IMG/VR virus record: IMGVR_UViG_3300046714_000236
Location: 30,230-94,229 of that record
Origin: a virus
DNA length: 64,000 bases
Reading direction: 5' to 3' (one strand)
The notes beneath the pieces were generated by a model, which made no database searches, was not told the DNA's origin, and saw nothing but the letters and a program-made list of their open reading frames with translations. Within the stretch, counting starts at the first letter, position 1. Each line of letters begins with the position of its first letter. A program made the translations under genes and the position numbers. Below, in pieces: positions 27,915 to 37,469 of this stretch.

Positions 27915-30122
27915 TCAGATGCCGGGAAGCTTCGGCTGCACGGGGAGTGCGGGAACGGGAGGCGCGACCGGCTTCGGCGCGAGTGCGCCCCCGAGCCCTT
28001 CGCCTTCCGCTTGGCCCTTCGCTTCCTTCTTCGCCGCGTACTCCGCAACGGTGAGATCACCGTCCGGATCGGGTCGCTTGTCCTTCGTGAGAAGCGGCCC
28101 GAGTTTGATGCTCCGCCGCGCCTCGTTCACCGTGACGATCTTCGCGACGTCGGTCGGCGTGACGAGCCCATCCTCTGCGTCTGCAAGCCCGACCGGGAGG
28201 ATCCCATCCGGACCGACATCGATGTCGGTCGGCGCGGGAGCGTTCGGATCGACGGGCCCCGCGGGAGGCGTCGCACCTGGCGGAAGCTCGTTCGGGTTCG
28301 GCACCGCGCCGCCGAACGGCGGCGTGAGACCCATCTCCAGATCGCGAGCACGAGCGGCTTCGTCCTGCACGCGTTGCCACTCCTTCTCGGGATCGCGGTT
28401 CATCATGTTCGCGATGCTCTCGACCATGCTCTGCTGACTCGCGACCGGCTTCGCTCCGATCGCCGTCGACGCACCGGCCATCGCTTGCTGGCGTTCCGCG
28501 ATCGTGGGCGGGAAGTATTCGCCCCATTCGAGCGAAAGCGAACCACTGCCAGGCTCGCGCTCGATCGTGCGCGTCTCGTCGGTCGCGTTGCCGTCCTTGT
28601 CGAGAACCGGTTCCTTCCGCGGTTCGAGATCGAGGAAGTATTCGACATCGTTCGCGGGCTCTTCGGGCTCGGTCGGGATCGCCGCCGTGTCGACGTCGTA
28701 CGTCGGGAGCGGGTCCTCGTTCAGCGCGTAGTCTTCTTCGATCGTGACCGGCGTGAGCGGCGCGCCCTGCGCCTTGCCGAGCAGACGGCGCGCGCTCCGG
28801 ATCTGATCGTTCAGAAGCCGGAGGATCCCCATGTCCCCGTAGTGTTCGCGGTACACGTCCGCGACGTTGATCATCGGCGCGTAGATCATCTTGATCGCGA
28901 CGCTGCTCGTCCCTGCCGCCGCGATCTCGTCGGGGTCGGGGATCACGCACTGCACGTCTTCGAGGATGGAGTTCTTCTGCGCCTTGATCAGTTCGAGCCC
29001 CGCCGTGATCGAGCTGCCCGAGAGTTCGAGATACTTCGCATCGCGCGGCGAATTGCTCTCGGTAACACCGGTCGCGAGCGCGTGATCGCTTCCCTTCATG
29101 AGCACCATTGCGCCCATTTCGGCGGGGGTCACACCCGGGAGCACGAGCGTCGGATCGAGGTTCTTCGCACCACCACGCGCGAGCACCGAGTTCAGAACGT
29201 CGAGCGTGTCGAGCGCCTCGAACTGCCCTTCGTAGTCCGGCTCTCCGTCGACGCTCGCCTGCTTCGCTTCGCTGTCGTTCGTGATCCAAACGAAGTGACA
29301 CCGAGCATCGTTGTGCGAGAAGCACATCGGTTCATCGCGTTCCCACGGCACGCGCTCGCCATCGTTCCGAACCGGGGTCGGTTTGAAACAGACATCCTCG
29401 TTCAGCGTCCAGTCACGCCGCACCCAGTGCTGGATCTCGACGAGCTCGCCCTTGTCGTTCTTCCCCGTCATCGGGAGCTGATAGAGCTCCATCACGTGCG
29501 ACGGGATCTTCTCGTCGAAGTTCGCCCACTGCAGCGTGTAGATCTGCGAACCGTCGTGCACGCGGTTCACCGGTTTCCCTTCGTAGAAGCACCACGAAAT
29601 CCCGACCGTGCCGCACGAGCCGCCGACGTTCCGCGCCTGCACCATGCGAACGCGGAGCTGCCCGATCTTCGCGAGCTCTTCGGCGTAGTCCTGCGTCGCG
29701 GGATCGTCGGATCGAAGTTGCGGGAATCGGTTCTGCCCGAAGAGCAGCGACGTGAAGCGCTTCGTGATCGTGCGCGCGAGTCGCTTCGGTGCGTGCGGTC
29801 TCCGTTGTTCGAGCGGCACGTAGAAGCTCGGCTGCTGTCCGATCAGCGGCTGGCTCCCCCACAGTTCCTCGTGCTGCCGAAAGCGGCCCGAGAAATCGAA
29901 CATCTTGTCGTCGTGCTGCGTGCACGTGTACCACTTCGACGCGAACCGGAGTTTCTTCGAGCGGTTCGAGTAGTAGTACGACTCCGGGTTGACGTAGTCA
30001 TCCGACGCGGGAACTGCGCTCGGTTGCGCGTGCACGTCCTCGGGTCCTGTCGTCGTCGCGCCGGGCCCGAACGCAGAGTACGTCTGCACGGGCGCCGCGT
30101 TGCCTTGACCGAAGATCCCCAT
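27915..30122 (-). CDS. portal protein
   Basis: Between terminase and MuF; TVNEAR...GPL...DGD portal C-terminal motif. Confidence 0.8.
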   Translation of the reverse strand: MGIFGQGNAAPVQTYSAFGPGATTTGPEDVHAQPSAVPASDDYVNPESYYYSNRSKKLRFASKWYTCTQHDDKMFDFSGRFRQHEELWGSQPLIGQQPSFYVPLEQRRPHAPKRLARTITKRFTSLLFGQNRFPQLRSDDPATQDYAEELAKIGQLRVRMVQARNVGGSCGTVGISWCFYEGKPVNRVHDGSQIYTLQWANFDEKIPSHVMELYQLPMTGKNDKGELVEIQHWVRRDWTLNEDVCFKPTPVRNDGERVPWERDEPMCFSHNDARCHFVWITNDSEAKQASVDGEPDYEGQFEALDTLDVLNSVLARGGAKNLDPTLVLPGVTPAEMGAMVLMKGSDHALATGVTESNSPRDAKYLELSGSSITAGLELIKAQKNSILEDVQCVIPDPDEIAAAGTSSVAIKMIYAPMINVADVYREHYGDMGILRLLNDQIRSARRLLGKAQGAPLTPVTIEEDYALNEDPLPTYDVDTAAIPTEPEEPANDVEYFLDLEPRKEPVLDKDGNATDETRTIEREPGSGSLSLEWGEYFPPTIAERQQAMAGASTAIGAKPVASQQSMVESIANMMNRDPEKEWQRVQDEAARARDLEMGLTPPFGGAVPNPNELPPGATPPAGPVDPNAPAPTDIDVGPDGILPVGLADAEDGLVTPTDVAKIVTVNEARRSIKLGPLLTKDKRPDPDGDLTVAEYAAKKEAKGQAEGEGLGGALAPKPVAPPVPALPVQPKLPGI
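28211..28230. repeat. palindrome copy 7 (inside the portal CDS)
   Basis: Perfect 20-mer; encodes PTDIDVG. Confidence 0.97.
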
Positions 30123-30403
30123 CAGCGAGCCCCTCGCCGTTCGGCGATGCTCCCGACCAACGGGAACTCCTCAGGCTCGGGATCGACGAGCCGCATGCGG
30201 GGCTCGATCATGGCGCGCGCTTCAGGTGTCACGACCGGGCCGTCGTAGCCGTCGATCTCCTGCGCGCGATCTTCCCCAACGAGCTCACCGAGCGGCGTTC
30301 GGATCGCGTCCGACGCCGCATCGGGATCGAGCTTCATCGCGGCCTTCGCGAGCAGGCCCGCAGTAAAGGAACGCGCGATCATCCGCACGGCGTCGAGCAC
30401 CAT
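30122..30403 (-). CDS. hypothetical protein
   Basis: TACGCT-N7-ATG upstream; coupled to the portal gene. Confidence 0.55.
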   Translation of the reverse strand: MVLDAVRMIARSFTAGLLAKAAMKLDPDAASDAIRTPLGELVGEDRAQEIDGYDGPVVTPEARAMIEPRMRLVDPEPEEFPLVGSIAERRGAR

Positions 30404-30416
30404 GCGGAAGAGCGTA

Positions 30417-30992
30417 CTACGTCCCCGGGTCTTTGAGCCACGCGGGATCGGCGACGTTCTTCGCTTGGCTCACCGCAAGCCATCTCACGAGCAGCCCGCG
30501 CCCGTAACCGTACAGACTGAGCGGGATGATCCCCGGGTTCGCGATGCCGAGCCGCATCCGGCCGCCGATGATGAACCCACGGTCCGCGCTCGGGTGCGGG
30601 TGATCTTCGCCGATGTGGATGAGCGATTGATCGCCGGCCGCGAGCGTTGCCGTGAGGTGCCCGCCCTGCGTGTCACTGAGAAGCCGGAGCTGCCCCGAGC
30701 TATCCGCATGCGTCATTCCCACGCACGCGACCCAAAAGATCCACGGGAACCCCTGCTCGACGTCGAGCACTGCAGGGCAGATCCGGGTACTCGCCGACGA
30801 GTTCAACGCCCATCCCTCGCCCCACGATCGCCGGAAGTAGCCACGCGCGCCGCGCCGTCCATGAAGCTGTGACTCGTACGGGAGCAAGATCACTCCCTGC
30901 GATTCGAGCGCCGCAACGCGTTCGGCCCCTTCGACTATCTGCCCTTCTCGGAGCGCGCCTCGGTGATCGAACACGACGATTGCAGATTCCAC
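30417..30992 (-). CDS. hypothetical protein
   Basis: ORF fills the gap between neighbours. Confidence 0.5.
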   Translation of the reverse strand: MESAIVVFDHRGALREGQIVEGAERVAALESQGVILLPYESQLHGRRGARGYFRRSWGEGWALNSSASTRICPAVLDVEQGFPWIFWVACVGMTHADSSGQLRLLSDTQGGHLTATLAAGDQSLIHIGEDHPHPSADRGFIIGGRMRLGIANPGIIPLSLYGYGRGLLVRWLAVSQAKNVADPAWLKDPGT

Positions 30993-31007
30993 GCTTCAGC
31001 CTTTCCC

Positions 31008-31027
31008 GACCGACATCGATGTCGGTC
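31008..31027. repeat. palindrome copy 8
   Basis: Perfect 20-mer abutting the stop at 31028. Confidence 0.97.
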
Positions 31028-31387
31028 CTAGAGTGATGCGGCGGACGCGCGTTCTGCGCACCACCTGGCGACTTCTTCTTCGAGCCGCGCGATCGTCCGG
31101 AGTGCCCCGCGCGGGTCGCGAGCGTACAGAAGAGCGCGGCGCGGGTCGCTCTTCGCGGCGCGGAGCACGATGCTCCACCGCGTGAAGGTGAACACGATCC
31201 CCACTTCGAGGAGGTAGCTTTCGAGGATCCCGTTCGCGTGCCCTTCGAGCACGTCGAGCACCGGCCGCGAGAGTCGCTCGGATCGCCGGCCTTCGAGCAT
31301 CGCTTCGAGGCGCGTGCGAATGTCGACCGTCGGGAACACCGTTCCGATCTTGAACACCCCGCTCCGTTCGATCCATTCAGCCGGCAT
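31028..31387 (-). CDS. hypothetical protein
   Basis: Part of an ORF chain. Confidence 0.5.
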   Translation of the reverse strand: MPAEWIERSGVFKIGTVFPTVDIRTRLEAMLEGRRSERLSRPVLDVLEGHANGILESYLLEVGIVFTFTRWSIVLRAAKSDPRRALLYARDPRGALRTIARLEEEVARWCAERASAASL

Positions 31388-31775
31388 CGTCCTCAGGATA
31401 CTCCGCGTCCACCCAGCGACTAATCGCCGCGCGGTACTGATCGAGAAGCTCGAAAAGCTTCGCGCAGTCCCGCACCACCGTGCTCCCCGGATCTCCGACC
31501 GACGCGCGCAGCCGCCCGAGCTCTTCCCACGTCTTGCCCATGCAGAACTCCGCGCGCCGCCCGAGCGTCACGATCGGATCGGCAGGCTCTGCCACCGCAC
31601 GGAACCGTGGCTGCTTCTTCGGCTTCGGTGTGAGCGCTCGCCGCACCTCGTTCGCAATCTGTCGCGGATCCCCGTTCACGCGCACTTTGATGTTGATACT
31701 CTCGGGCACGCTGTGCACCGGTGAGCTCGGGATCTCTGCGGGGCGAATCGTGCGTTGACGGGGCATGGGGGGCAT
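31377..31775 (-). CDS. hypothetical protein
   Basis: Part of an ORF chain; start may be 31766. Confidence 0.5.
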   Translation of the reverse strand: MPPMPRQRTIRPAEIPSSPVHSVPESINIKVRVNGDPRQIANEVRRALTPKPKKQPRFRAVAEPADPIVTLGRRAEFCMGKTWEELGRLRASVGDPGSTVVRDCAKLFELLDQYRAAISRWVDAEYPEDDAG

Positions 31776-31783
31776 TGATGCCG

Positions 31784-32125
31784 CTAGCTCTCGTCGTATC
31801 GAACCTCGACGCGCCCGACGGCTCTGCCGTTCACGAAGATGGTAGCACCTCGGAACTGTGCGGCGTCAACGAGCGCGGGCCGTTCCTCTCGGAAGCGATG
31901 CGTCACGATGTACTCCGTTGCCGTTTCGAATGCCGCCGTGAGCGCCTGAAAGGCTTCCGCCGTCCCGCCGTTGTCCGGGTGCGCGTCCTTCGCCCGCAAG
32001 CGGTAGGAGCGTCGGACGAGCGCCTCGACGTCTGCCCGCGTGTCGACTTGCTCCTGCCCCGTGATGCCGAGCGCCTGCAGTGCACGAACGAACTCGGCCT
32101 TCGTCAGAAGGCGTTTACCTCGCAT
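31784..32125 (-). CDS. J-domain (DnaJ-like) protein
   Basis: VRRSYRLRAKDAHPDNGGTAEAFQAL..AFE, with the HPD motif. Confidence 0.8.
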   Translation of the reverse strand: MRGKRLLTKAEFVRALQALGITGQEQVDTRADVEALVRRSYRLRAKDAHPDNGGTAEAFQALTAAFETATEYIVTHRFREERPALVDAAQFRGATIFVNGRAVGRVEVRYDES

Positions 32126-33800
32126 GCAGCGAGGAAATACCAGTCGCCCCCTCAGGAGGCAATTGGGGCCCGCGCGTGATCTTCGAGAGCCGCGCGCCCT
32201 CGCGAGCGATCCACATCGCCATCATGCGATCGCCCGTATGCTTGCCCCGCTGATAGAAAAGCAGCTCGTTGATCCAGTCCTGCACCACCGGATCGACGAG
32301 TCCGTCGACGTTCGGGATGAGCCACGCGCCGTTTTCGATCTCGATGAAGATCGATTCGAGCCCGGTCTGATGATCCCACTTTCGCTTTCCAGTCGTGACA
32401 AGCGAGCGCACCGGGGTGTCGATCTTCTGTTCGAGGAGCCAGTCCTTCATCCATCCCTGAGCGCTGTTCCCCTCGACGTACGCGATCGAGTTGTACCGGG
32501 CGATGGTGTTCGCGATCCGCGTCTTCAGCTCCACGCCCGACCACTTGCCCGCTTGGATGTCGAGGATCTGCCGGAACCCGTTCGGCAGGAACGCGACGGT
32601 GAAAAGCGCCGAGAGATCGCTCTTCTTCTTTTTCGAGAACGCGGGATCGATCCCCGTCACGACCGGGAGCCCGCCCGAGTACGCGGCTTCGAGCTGCGTG
32701 ACGCCGTTCTCCTTCGCGTGCTTCTTACACTTCTCGATCCATTCGATCTTTACGTGGCTCGTCGCGTCGTCACGCACCTTCAGCGAATAGCTCTGTTGAT
32801 GCGCGAGCTCCGTCATCACGCGCCGCTGTTCCTCGATCTTCGAGCGCGGCCACACCTCGGGCCAGAGCGGGATCTCGTCGTTCCGGTCGCGCCATTCCGT
32901 GACCGAGGGATCAAGCGCGATGCCGTTCGAGCGCGCGTACTCAGGAGTGTCGTGCGCGACGAGCCGGAACCGGTCGAGCTCCCCCGGGCGCGGCTCAGTG
33001 TCCGACGGACGGATCAGATCGCTGTCGAAAGCGTCGGCGTTCTCGAACCAAATGTTTCCGTAGGCGTCCATGTTCAGGACCGCCCACCCAAGCCGCGCGA
33101 GTGCGTACGTGAGATCTCCCTTGTCGTCACTCTGCCCGCTTGGATCGCCCGGGTGCCAAGGCGCGTTAGTCACCGTGATCCGCAAGTCGCGCGCACCGCG
33201 GCGCGTGAGCACGTTGTTCTGAACCCAATTGTTCAGCTTGCGCCGCTGCTCGACGGTCGCCGTGTTCTCGCTGTTCAAAATGTCGTCGATGAGGATCCAC
33301 GTCGCGCGACCACCGAGCACGCGCCCCGTCTCGTAGCTGAGCGCCGCCATCGTCGGATCGCGCACGCTCATCCCGCGTTCGACAGTGATCGATGTCTGCG
33401 ACCATGGATCGCCTTGCTGCGATGATGGCCGGAGCTCGGGGAAGACGAGCCGCACCTCGGGGCTCTTCTCGATGTAGGAACGAACGCCGTTGACGACTTT
33501 CTTGCTCTGATCTTCCGCGGCCGAGATCACCATGATCCGTTCGGTCGGGTCGCTGCCGATCACATGCAGAAGCAGCGACATCATCCCGAACGTCTTGCTC
33601 GAACCGGTGAACGCCCGGACGACGCAATACTGGTAAAAAAGCACGAACTCGTTTTGGAGTTGTTGGTGCGCGGCGATCCGAAGCGCGGCGTTTCCCGCTT
33701 CCTCCGAGCGCATCGCGAAATCAAAAAACCGAGACTCGTTCGCGCGCGCCGCCGCCGCTCGTCGTAGTGTCGCCGTGATGAGCGGATCGGCGGAAGTCAT
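32115..33800 (-). CDS. terL: terminase large subunit
   Basis: Walker A-like RAFTGSSKT; Walker B ILIDD after GGRA; RNase H-like GIDPA...SD..., VEGN and GDRMMA. Confidence 0.9.
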   Translation of the reverse strand: MTSADPLITATLRRAAAARANESRFFDFAMRSEEAGNAALRIAAHQQLQNEFVLFYQYCVVRAFTGSSKTFGMMSLLLHVIGSDPTERIMVISAAEDQSKKVVNGVRSYIEKSPEVRLVFPELRPSSQQGDPWSQTSITVERGMSVRDPTMAALSYETGRVLGGRATWILIDDILNSENTATVEQRRKLNNWVQNNVLTRRGARDLRITVTNAPWHPGDPSGQSDDKGDLTYALARLGWAVLNMDAYGNIWFENADAFDSDLIRPSDTEPRPGELDRFRLVAHDTPEYARSNGIALDPSVTEWRDRNDEIPLWPEVWPRSKIEEQRRVMTELAHQQSYSLKVRDDATSHVKIEWIEKCKKHAKENGVTQLEAAYSGGLPVVTGIDPAFSKKKKSDLSALFTVAFLPNGFRQILDIQAGKWSGVELKTRIANTIARYNSIAYVEGNSAQGWMKDWLLEQKIDTPVRSLVTTGKRKWDHQTGLESIFIEIENGAWLIPNVDGLVDPVVQDWINELLFYQRGKHTGDRMMAMWIAREGARLSKITRGPQLPPEGATGISSLHAR

Positions 33801-34675
33801 GCGAGCGCGACTGCAGGGAAGAGCGGGAGCGCGCCCCGCACGGCGCGGCGAAGATCACTCCCGTTCTCTTCGGCTTTGAGAGCGAGCTTCGCCATCTTCG
33901 CCCATCCCTGCTTTCGATCTTTCTCGATACCGATAAACCGACACCCGAGCCGCAGTGCTGCGACGCCCGTCGTCCCTGCGCCACAGTAGGGATCGATCAC
34001 GAGATCCCCCGGCTCCACGACGTCTTTCAGGATGTCGATCATCAGGGGCACCGGCTTCTGCGCGGGGTGCACGCGGCTGCCTTGCTGCCCCTTCCGGTTC
34101 GCGACGATCGGGCACGTGTAGACCGCGACCTTGCCGCCACCGTTCCACCGGCGCTTTTCTCCGAGCGGCTTCACCGCGTGAAAGTAGAGAAGCTCCTCAT
34201 GCCCGGGCGCGGGTCCGTCGCCGTTGAAGTGCGGCGCGCCACCGAGCCGCACCCACGCGCCCGTCCTGAAGTAGCGGGGCATCCCCCGGATCGCCGGCCG
34301 TCCTTGTCCGAATCCGAACGCGCTCCGCCAGTCTCCCGCGCCCTCTGCATCCGAGAACGTGATCACCCACCGCGTCGCGATGAGTGCGGCTGCAGCGGAG
34401 AAGCGCCGCCGCTCCTCGGGTGTCATCGGGTCGAAGTTCAGATCCACCTTCCGCCGCTCGCGACACGACGCACCCACGACGTCAGGAAGTTGATTGCGCT
34501 TCCCCGTCTGAATGTTCGTGTGCACTTCGGCCGAGTACGGCGGATCGGTGATCACATGGACCGATTGCCCTTCGAGCGCTGGGTGCTTCGCGAGATCCGA
34601 CATGAACCCAATTCCGTCACCGTTGACGATCGCCCATCGTCGCCGGCCACGCAGCACGTCCGCAAACTTCACCAT
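33797..34675 (-). CDS. DNA N6A/N4C methyltransferase (beta class)
   Basis: TDPPY...HPAQKP...DPYCGAGTTG. Confidence 0.9.
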   Translation of the reverse strand: MVKFADVLRGRRRWAIVNGDGIGFMSDLAKHPALEGQSVHVITDPPYSAEVHTNIQTGKRNQLPDVVGASCRERRKVDLNFDPMTPEERRRFSAAAALIATRWVITFSDAEGAGDWRSAFGFGQGRPAIRGMPRYFRTGAWVRLGGAPHFNGDGPAPGHEELLYFHAVKPLGEKRRWNGGGKVAVYTCPIVANRKGQQGSRVHPAQKPVPLMIDILKDVVEPGDLVIDPYCGAGTTGVAALRLGCRFIGIEKDRKQGWAKMAKLALKAEENGSDLRRAVRGALPLFPAVALA

Positions 34676-34690
34676 GGTGCGAGGATGCGG

Positions 34691-35380
34691 CTAGCGCTTG
34701 CCGCCCTGTAGAACACGGAGTTCATGCGCGTCCGCTTCGAGCTGCCGCTGCTCTTCCTCGATGCGCTCGCGCTCGCGCGGATCGTAGCTTGCGATCACCT
34801 TCGCGAGTGCGTCGGTTGCATCGTGCCGCACGTCGACGTCGATCTGCTTCGGCGCCATCGTTCCCGTGATCTCGGCGAGTAACCGTTCCGTCCGAATGAT
34901 CCCCGCGCTGTCGTAGCGCCGAAGTTGATGCTTCTCCTGCCGACCATCGTCGAGCACGCGCGTGAGATACATCTGCGTGCCGTCCTTCGTCATCATCGGT
35001 TCACCCATACGGAGCCGCACGAGATCCGACGCGAGCCGTTCGACCTGCATCTCGCGAAACGTGTCGACCGCCTGCGCGTACGCGCGCTTCACTTGCACGA
35101 GGTGCGTGCGATAGATCGCGACGATCTCTTCTTCGTCGAGCGGGATCGGCCGACGCTTCGCGCCTTCCTCGATGATGCGCGAGAGCGACGCACCCGAGTT
35201 CGCCGCAGTGAGCACGTAAAGCCGCCGACTCGCCCGCTCGAACGCGCTGTCCTGATGCACGGGGTGCCCGACCTGCATCGTCTGCGGGATCGGATCGTTG
35301 GGTTTCGGAGTCGGGTTCGCCTTCGGGGGGCGCTTCGACGGAGAGCGCATCGGGGAATTTGTGACACGTCCCCGGGTCAC
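34691..35380 (-). CDS. putative terminase small subunit
   Basis: HTH-like N-terminal part, helical, ends G..APKQIDV; upstream of terL. Confidence 0.5.
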   Translation of the reverse strand: MTRGRVTNSPMRSPSKRPPKANPTPKPNDPIPQTMQVGHPVHQDSAFERASRRLYVLTAANSGASLSRIIEEGAKRRPIPLDEEEIVAIYRTHLVQVKRAYAQAVDTFREMQVERLASDLVRLRMGEPMMTKDGTQMYLTRVLDDGRQEKHQLRRYDSAGIIRTERLLAEITGTMAPKQIDVDVRHDATDALAKVIASYDPRERERIEEEQRQLEADAHELRVLQGGKR

Positions 35381-35396
35381 TCTGCAAGCGCGTCCC

Positions 35397-35591
35397 CTAT
35401 TCCTGCCAGGTTACGTCCGCGACGATCTGGCCGCTGTCCCCGAGTTTGATGGCTGCCGCCTTCTCGAAGTCGCGCGAATCGGGCACTGGCCATCCCCTGG
35501 CGATCGCCTTCAGCCGCGCGCAATCCTTCAGCGCGGTCTCGATGTCTTCGCGCGTGAGCCGGATGTGATGCCCGTAGTACGTCGTTTCCAT
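35397..35591 (-). CDS. hypothetical protein
   Basis: GCGG-CATGAT motif upstream. Confidence 0.5.
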   Translation of the reverse strand: METTYYGHHIRLTREDIETALKDCARLKAIARGWPVPDSRDFEKAAAIKLGDSGQIVADVTWQE

Positions 35592-35608
35592 GTCGCGGGA
35601 TCATGCCG

Positions 35609-36070
35609 CTAGCGCGTGACGAGCCGTCCGTCCTTGAACACCGTCCGCGGCTCGTGCGTGTCCGTGTTCGCGATCGCTACCTCGATCTCCGGGGTGAGCT
35701 CCACCGCGTGCACGTCGATCCGCGGTGTGTGAAGCCCGAGCTCTTCGGCTTTGCGGATCGCCGCCATCTGAAAGGCGTGCCCGTACTTCACGGCCTTCAA
35801 CACGGGCTCCACTGCTTCCGCCGGCATCTGCCCGATCATCTCGCTGAGCTCCATCTCGCACCGAGCCGCGCCGAGCAAGTGATCGCGGTGCTGCTTCATG
35901 AGCACGTCGATCTGATGCTCCCACCACGCGAACTCGACACGCCGCTTGTCTTCAGCGACGTACGCGCGCACCGCGGGCCCGTACTTCCCCCACCCAAGGA
36001 TCAGCGCGATCCCAACTGTGCCGACGAGTGCGATGAGCACCACGAGCGCGATTTGTTGTGCATCCGTCAT
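35609..36070 (-). CDS. N-terminally membrane-anchored protein
   Basis: IALVVLIALVGTVGIALILGW. Confidence 0.55.
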   Translation of the reverse strand: MTDAQQIALVVLIALVGTVGIALILGWGKYGPAVRAYVAEDKRRVEFAWWEHQIDVLMKQHRDHLLGAARCEMELSEMIGQMPAEAVEPVLKAVKYGHAFQMAAIRKAEELGLHTPRIDVHAVELTPEIEVAIANTDTHEPRTVFKDGRLVTR

Positions 36071-36378
36071 CCTTCGGCCTTCGCTTCCGCTGCGTACTGT
36101 TCAGAGTAGCGCCGATGTTCCTCGGCTGCTTTCGTGTACCCCTCGGCGCGCGCCACGTGCGCGATCGCCAAGTGATGCGCCGCGAGGTACGCCGTCGTCG
36201 GGTCCTTCGTGATCTCCTGCCCCTTCCGGTACACGCTCCACACGAGCTCTCGCACGGCAGGAGGGACGAGCCGCCAGTGTCGCCCGCACATGAGAAGCCG
36301 CGGAGGGATCTCGCGCTTGCAGTCGTGCGCGTGGCACTCGTGCCGCACGCGAGCCACCTCGACGATCTTTCTCCGCAC
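36067..36378 (-). CDS. small Cys/His phage protein
   Basis: HECHAHDC...MCGRHWRLVP. Confidence 0.6.
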   Translation of the reverse strand: MRRKIVEVARVRHECHAHDCKREIPPRLLMCGRHWRLVPPAVRELVWSVYRKGQEITKDPTTAYLAAHHLAIAHVARAEGYTKAAEEHRRYSEQYAAEAKAEG

Positions 36379-36380
36379 GA

Positions 36381-37469
36381 TCAGAGTCTCATCGGCATAT
36401 GGATCGCAACGAACCCGGGATCCTTCTCGGAGAGAATCATCACCGGGTCGAGCTCCCCGTCGACGTCGATCTGGATCGACTCGTCGTCGCACTTGTCGAC
36501 TTGTTCGGCGAGTGTCTTCGCGTTCACGCCGATCGGCATCGCATGCATGAACGAGCAGGCCGCAGGGATCTCGATGGCTGCGATCTCTCCGTCCGCCGTG
36601 CGCCCCGAGATCGAAAGCTCGTCGCGGTTGAACGAGATCCCCACTCGCCCGTCGTCGATCCCCGTCACCTTCAGCGCGCGCAGAAACTCGGCACGGTTCG
36701 CGGTCGCGTGCCGCCGCCGCTTCGGAATCACTTGCTGGTACGTGGGGAACGTTGCCTGCGGAACCTGCGAGATGAGAAGCGCCGCGCCGATCTGGAAGAA
36801 CTGCTTGTCCCCCTTCGTCGAGATCTGAACGCTGAGACCATCTGCCGCGCGTCCGCACTGCTCGGCAAGCAGGACCACCGCGCGCTTCGTCACGAGCATC
36901 TCGAACGGGCGCCCCGCCGCGATCGCTACCTCGCACTTCGTGAGCAGGTGCCCATCGGTCGCGACCATCCGAAGGACCGCCGCCTCGCACTCGATGAGCG
37001 CGGAATGGATGTGCGGTCGGTTGAAGTCGTCGCTGATCGCGTGCGTCACCTTGTCGATCAATCGCCCGAGCGCCGTCGCAGGGATCTGCGTCTGCTTGCT
37101 CGTCGGGACTGGCGGGATCTTCGGCATGTCATCGAGCGGCACCGACTTCAGCGCGTACCGCTGAGAGCCCGCTTGCATGAGCACCTTCGAGTCCTCGACC
37201 GTCTCGATTGCGATCGTGCCCGGAGCGAAGAACCGAGCGCGCTCGATCATCGACTTCCCATCGCACGCGAACCCGCCTTCTTCGCGCACAGTCCCCGCGA
37301 CGCTCTCGGAGCCTGAGATCTCTAGGTTCGTCGCGCTCGCGACGATCGCCCCGTTCATCGCATCGAACCGAACGCACTTCGCCCAGAAACTAGCGCTCTT
37401 CGGTTCGGTGAACTTCACGAGCCACCCGAGAACGCGGATCAGTTCGTCCCGCTCGATTGTGATCTTCAT
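36381..37469 (-). CDS. dnaN: DNA polymerase III beta sliding clamp
   Basis: MKITIERDEL, ATNLEI, VATDGHLL, FPTYQQVIP and C-terminal MPMRL. Confidence 0.9.
   Translation of the reverse strand: MKITIERDELIRVLGWLVKFTEPKSASFWAKCVRFDAMNGAIVASATNLEISGSESVAGTVREEGGFACDGKSMIERARFFAPGTIAIETVEDSKVLMQAGSQRYALKSVPLDDMPKIPPVPTSKQTQIPATALGRLIDKVTHAISDDFNRPHIHSALIECEAAVLRMVATDGHLLTKCEVAIAAGRPFEMLVTKRAVVLLAEQCGRAADGLSVQISTKGDKQFFQIGAALLISQVPQATFPTYQQVIPKRRRHATANRAEFLRALKVTGIDDGRVGISFNRDELSISGRTADGEIAAIEIPAACSFMHAMPIGVNAKTLAEQVDKCDDESIQIDVDGELDPVMILSEKDPGFVAIHMPMRL

Noticed and set aside
27039-30248. Very long plus-strand ORFs (1069 aa here; also 4565-6448, 51801-54131 and others)
   Set aside because: Arg-rich antisense shadows of well-supported minus-strand genes, as expected in high-GC DNA.
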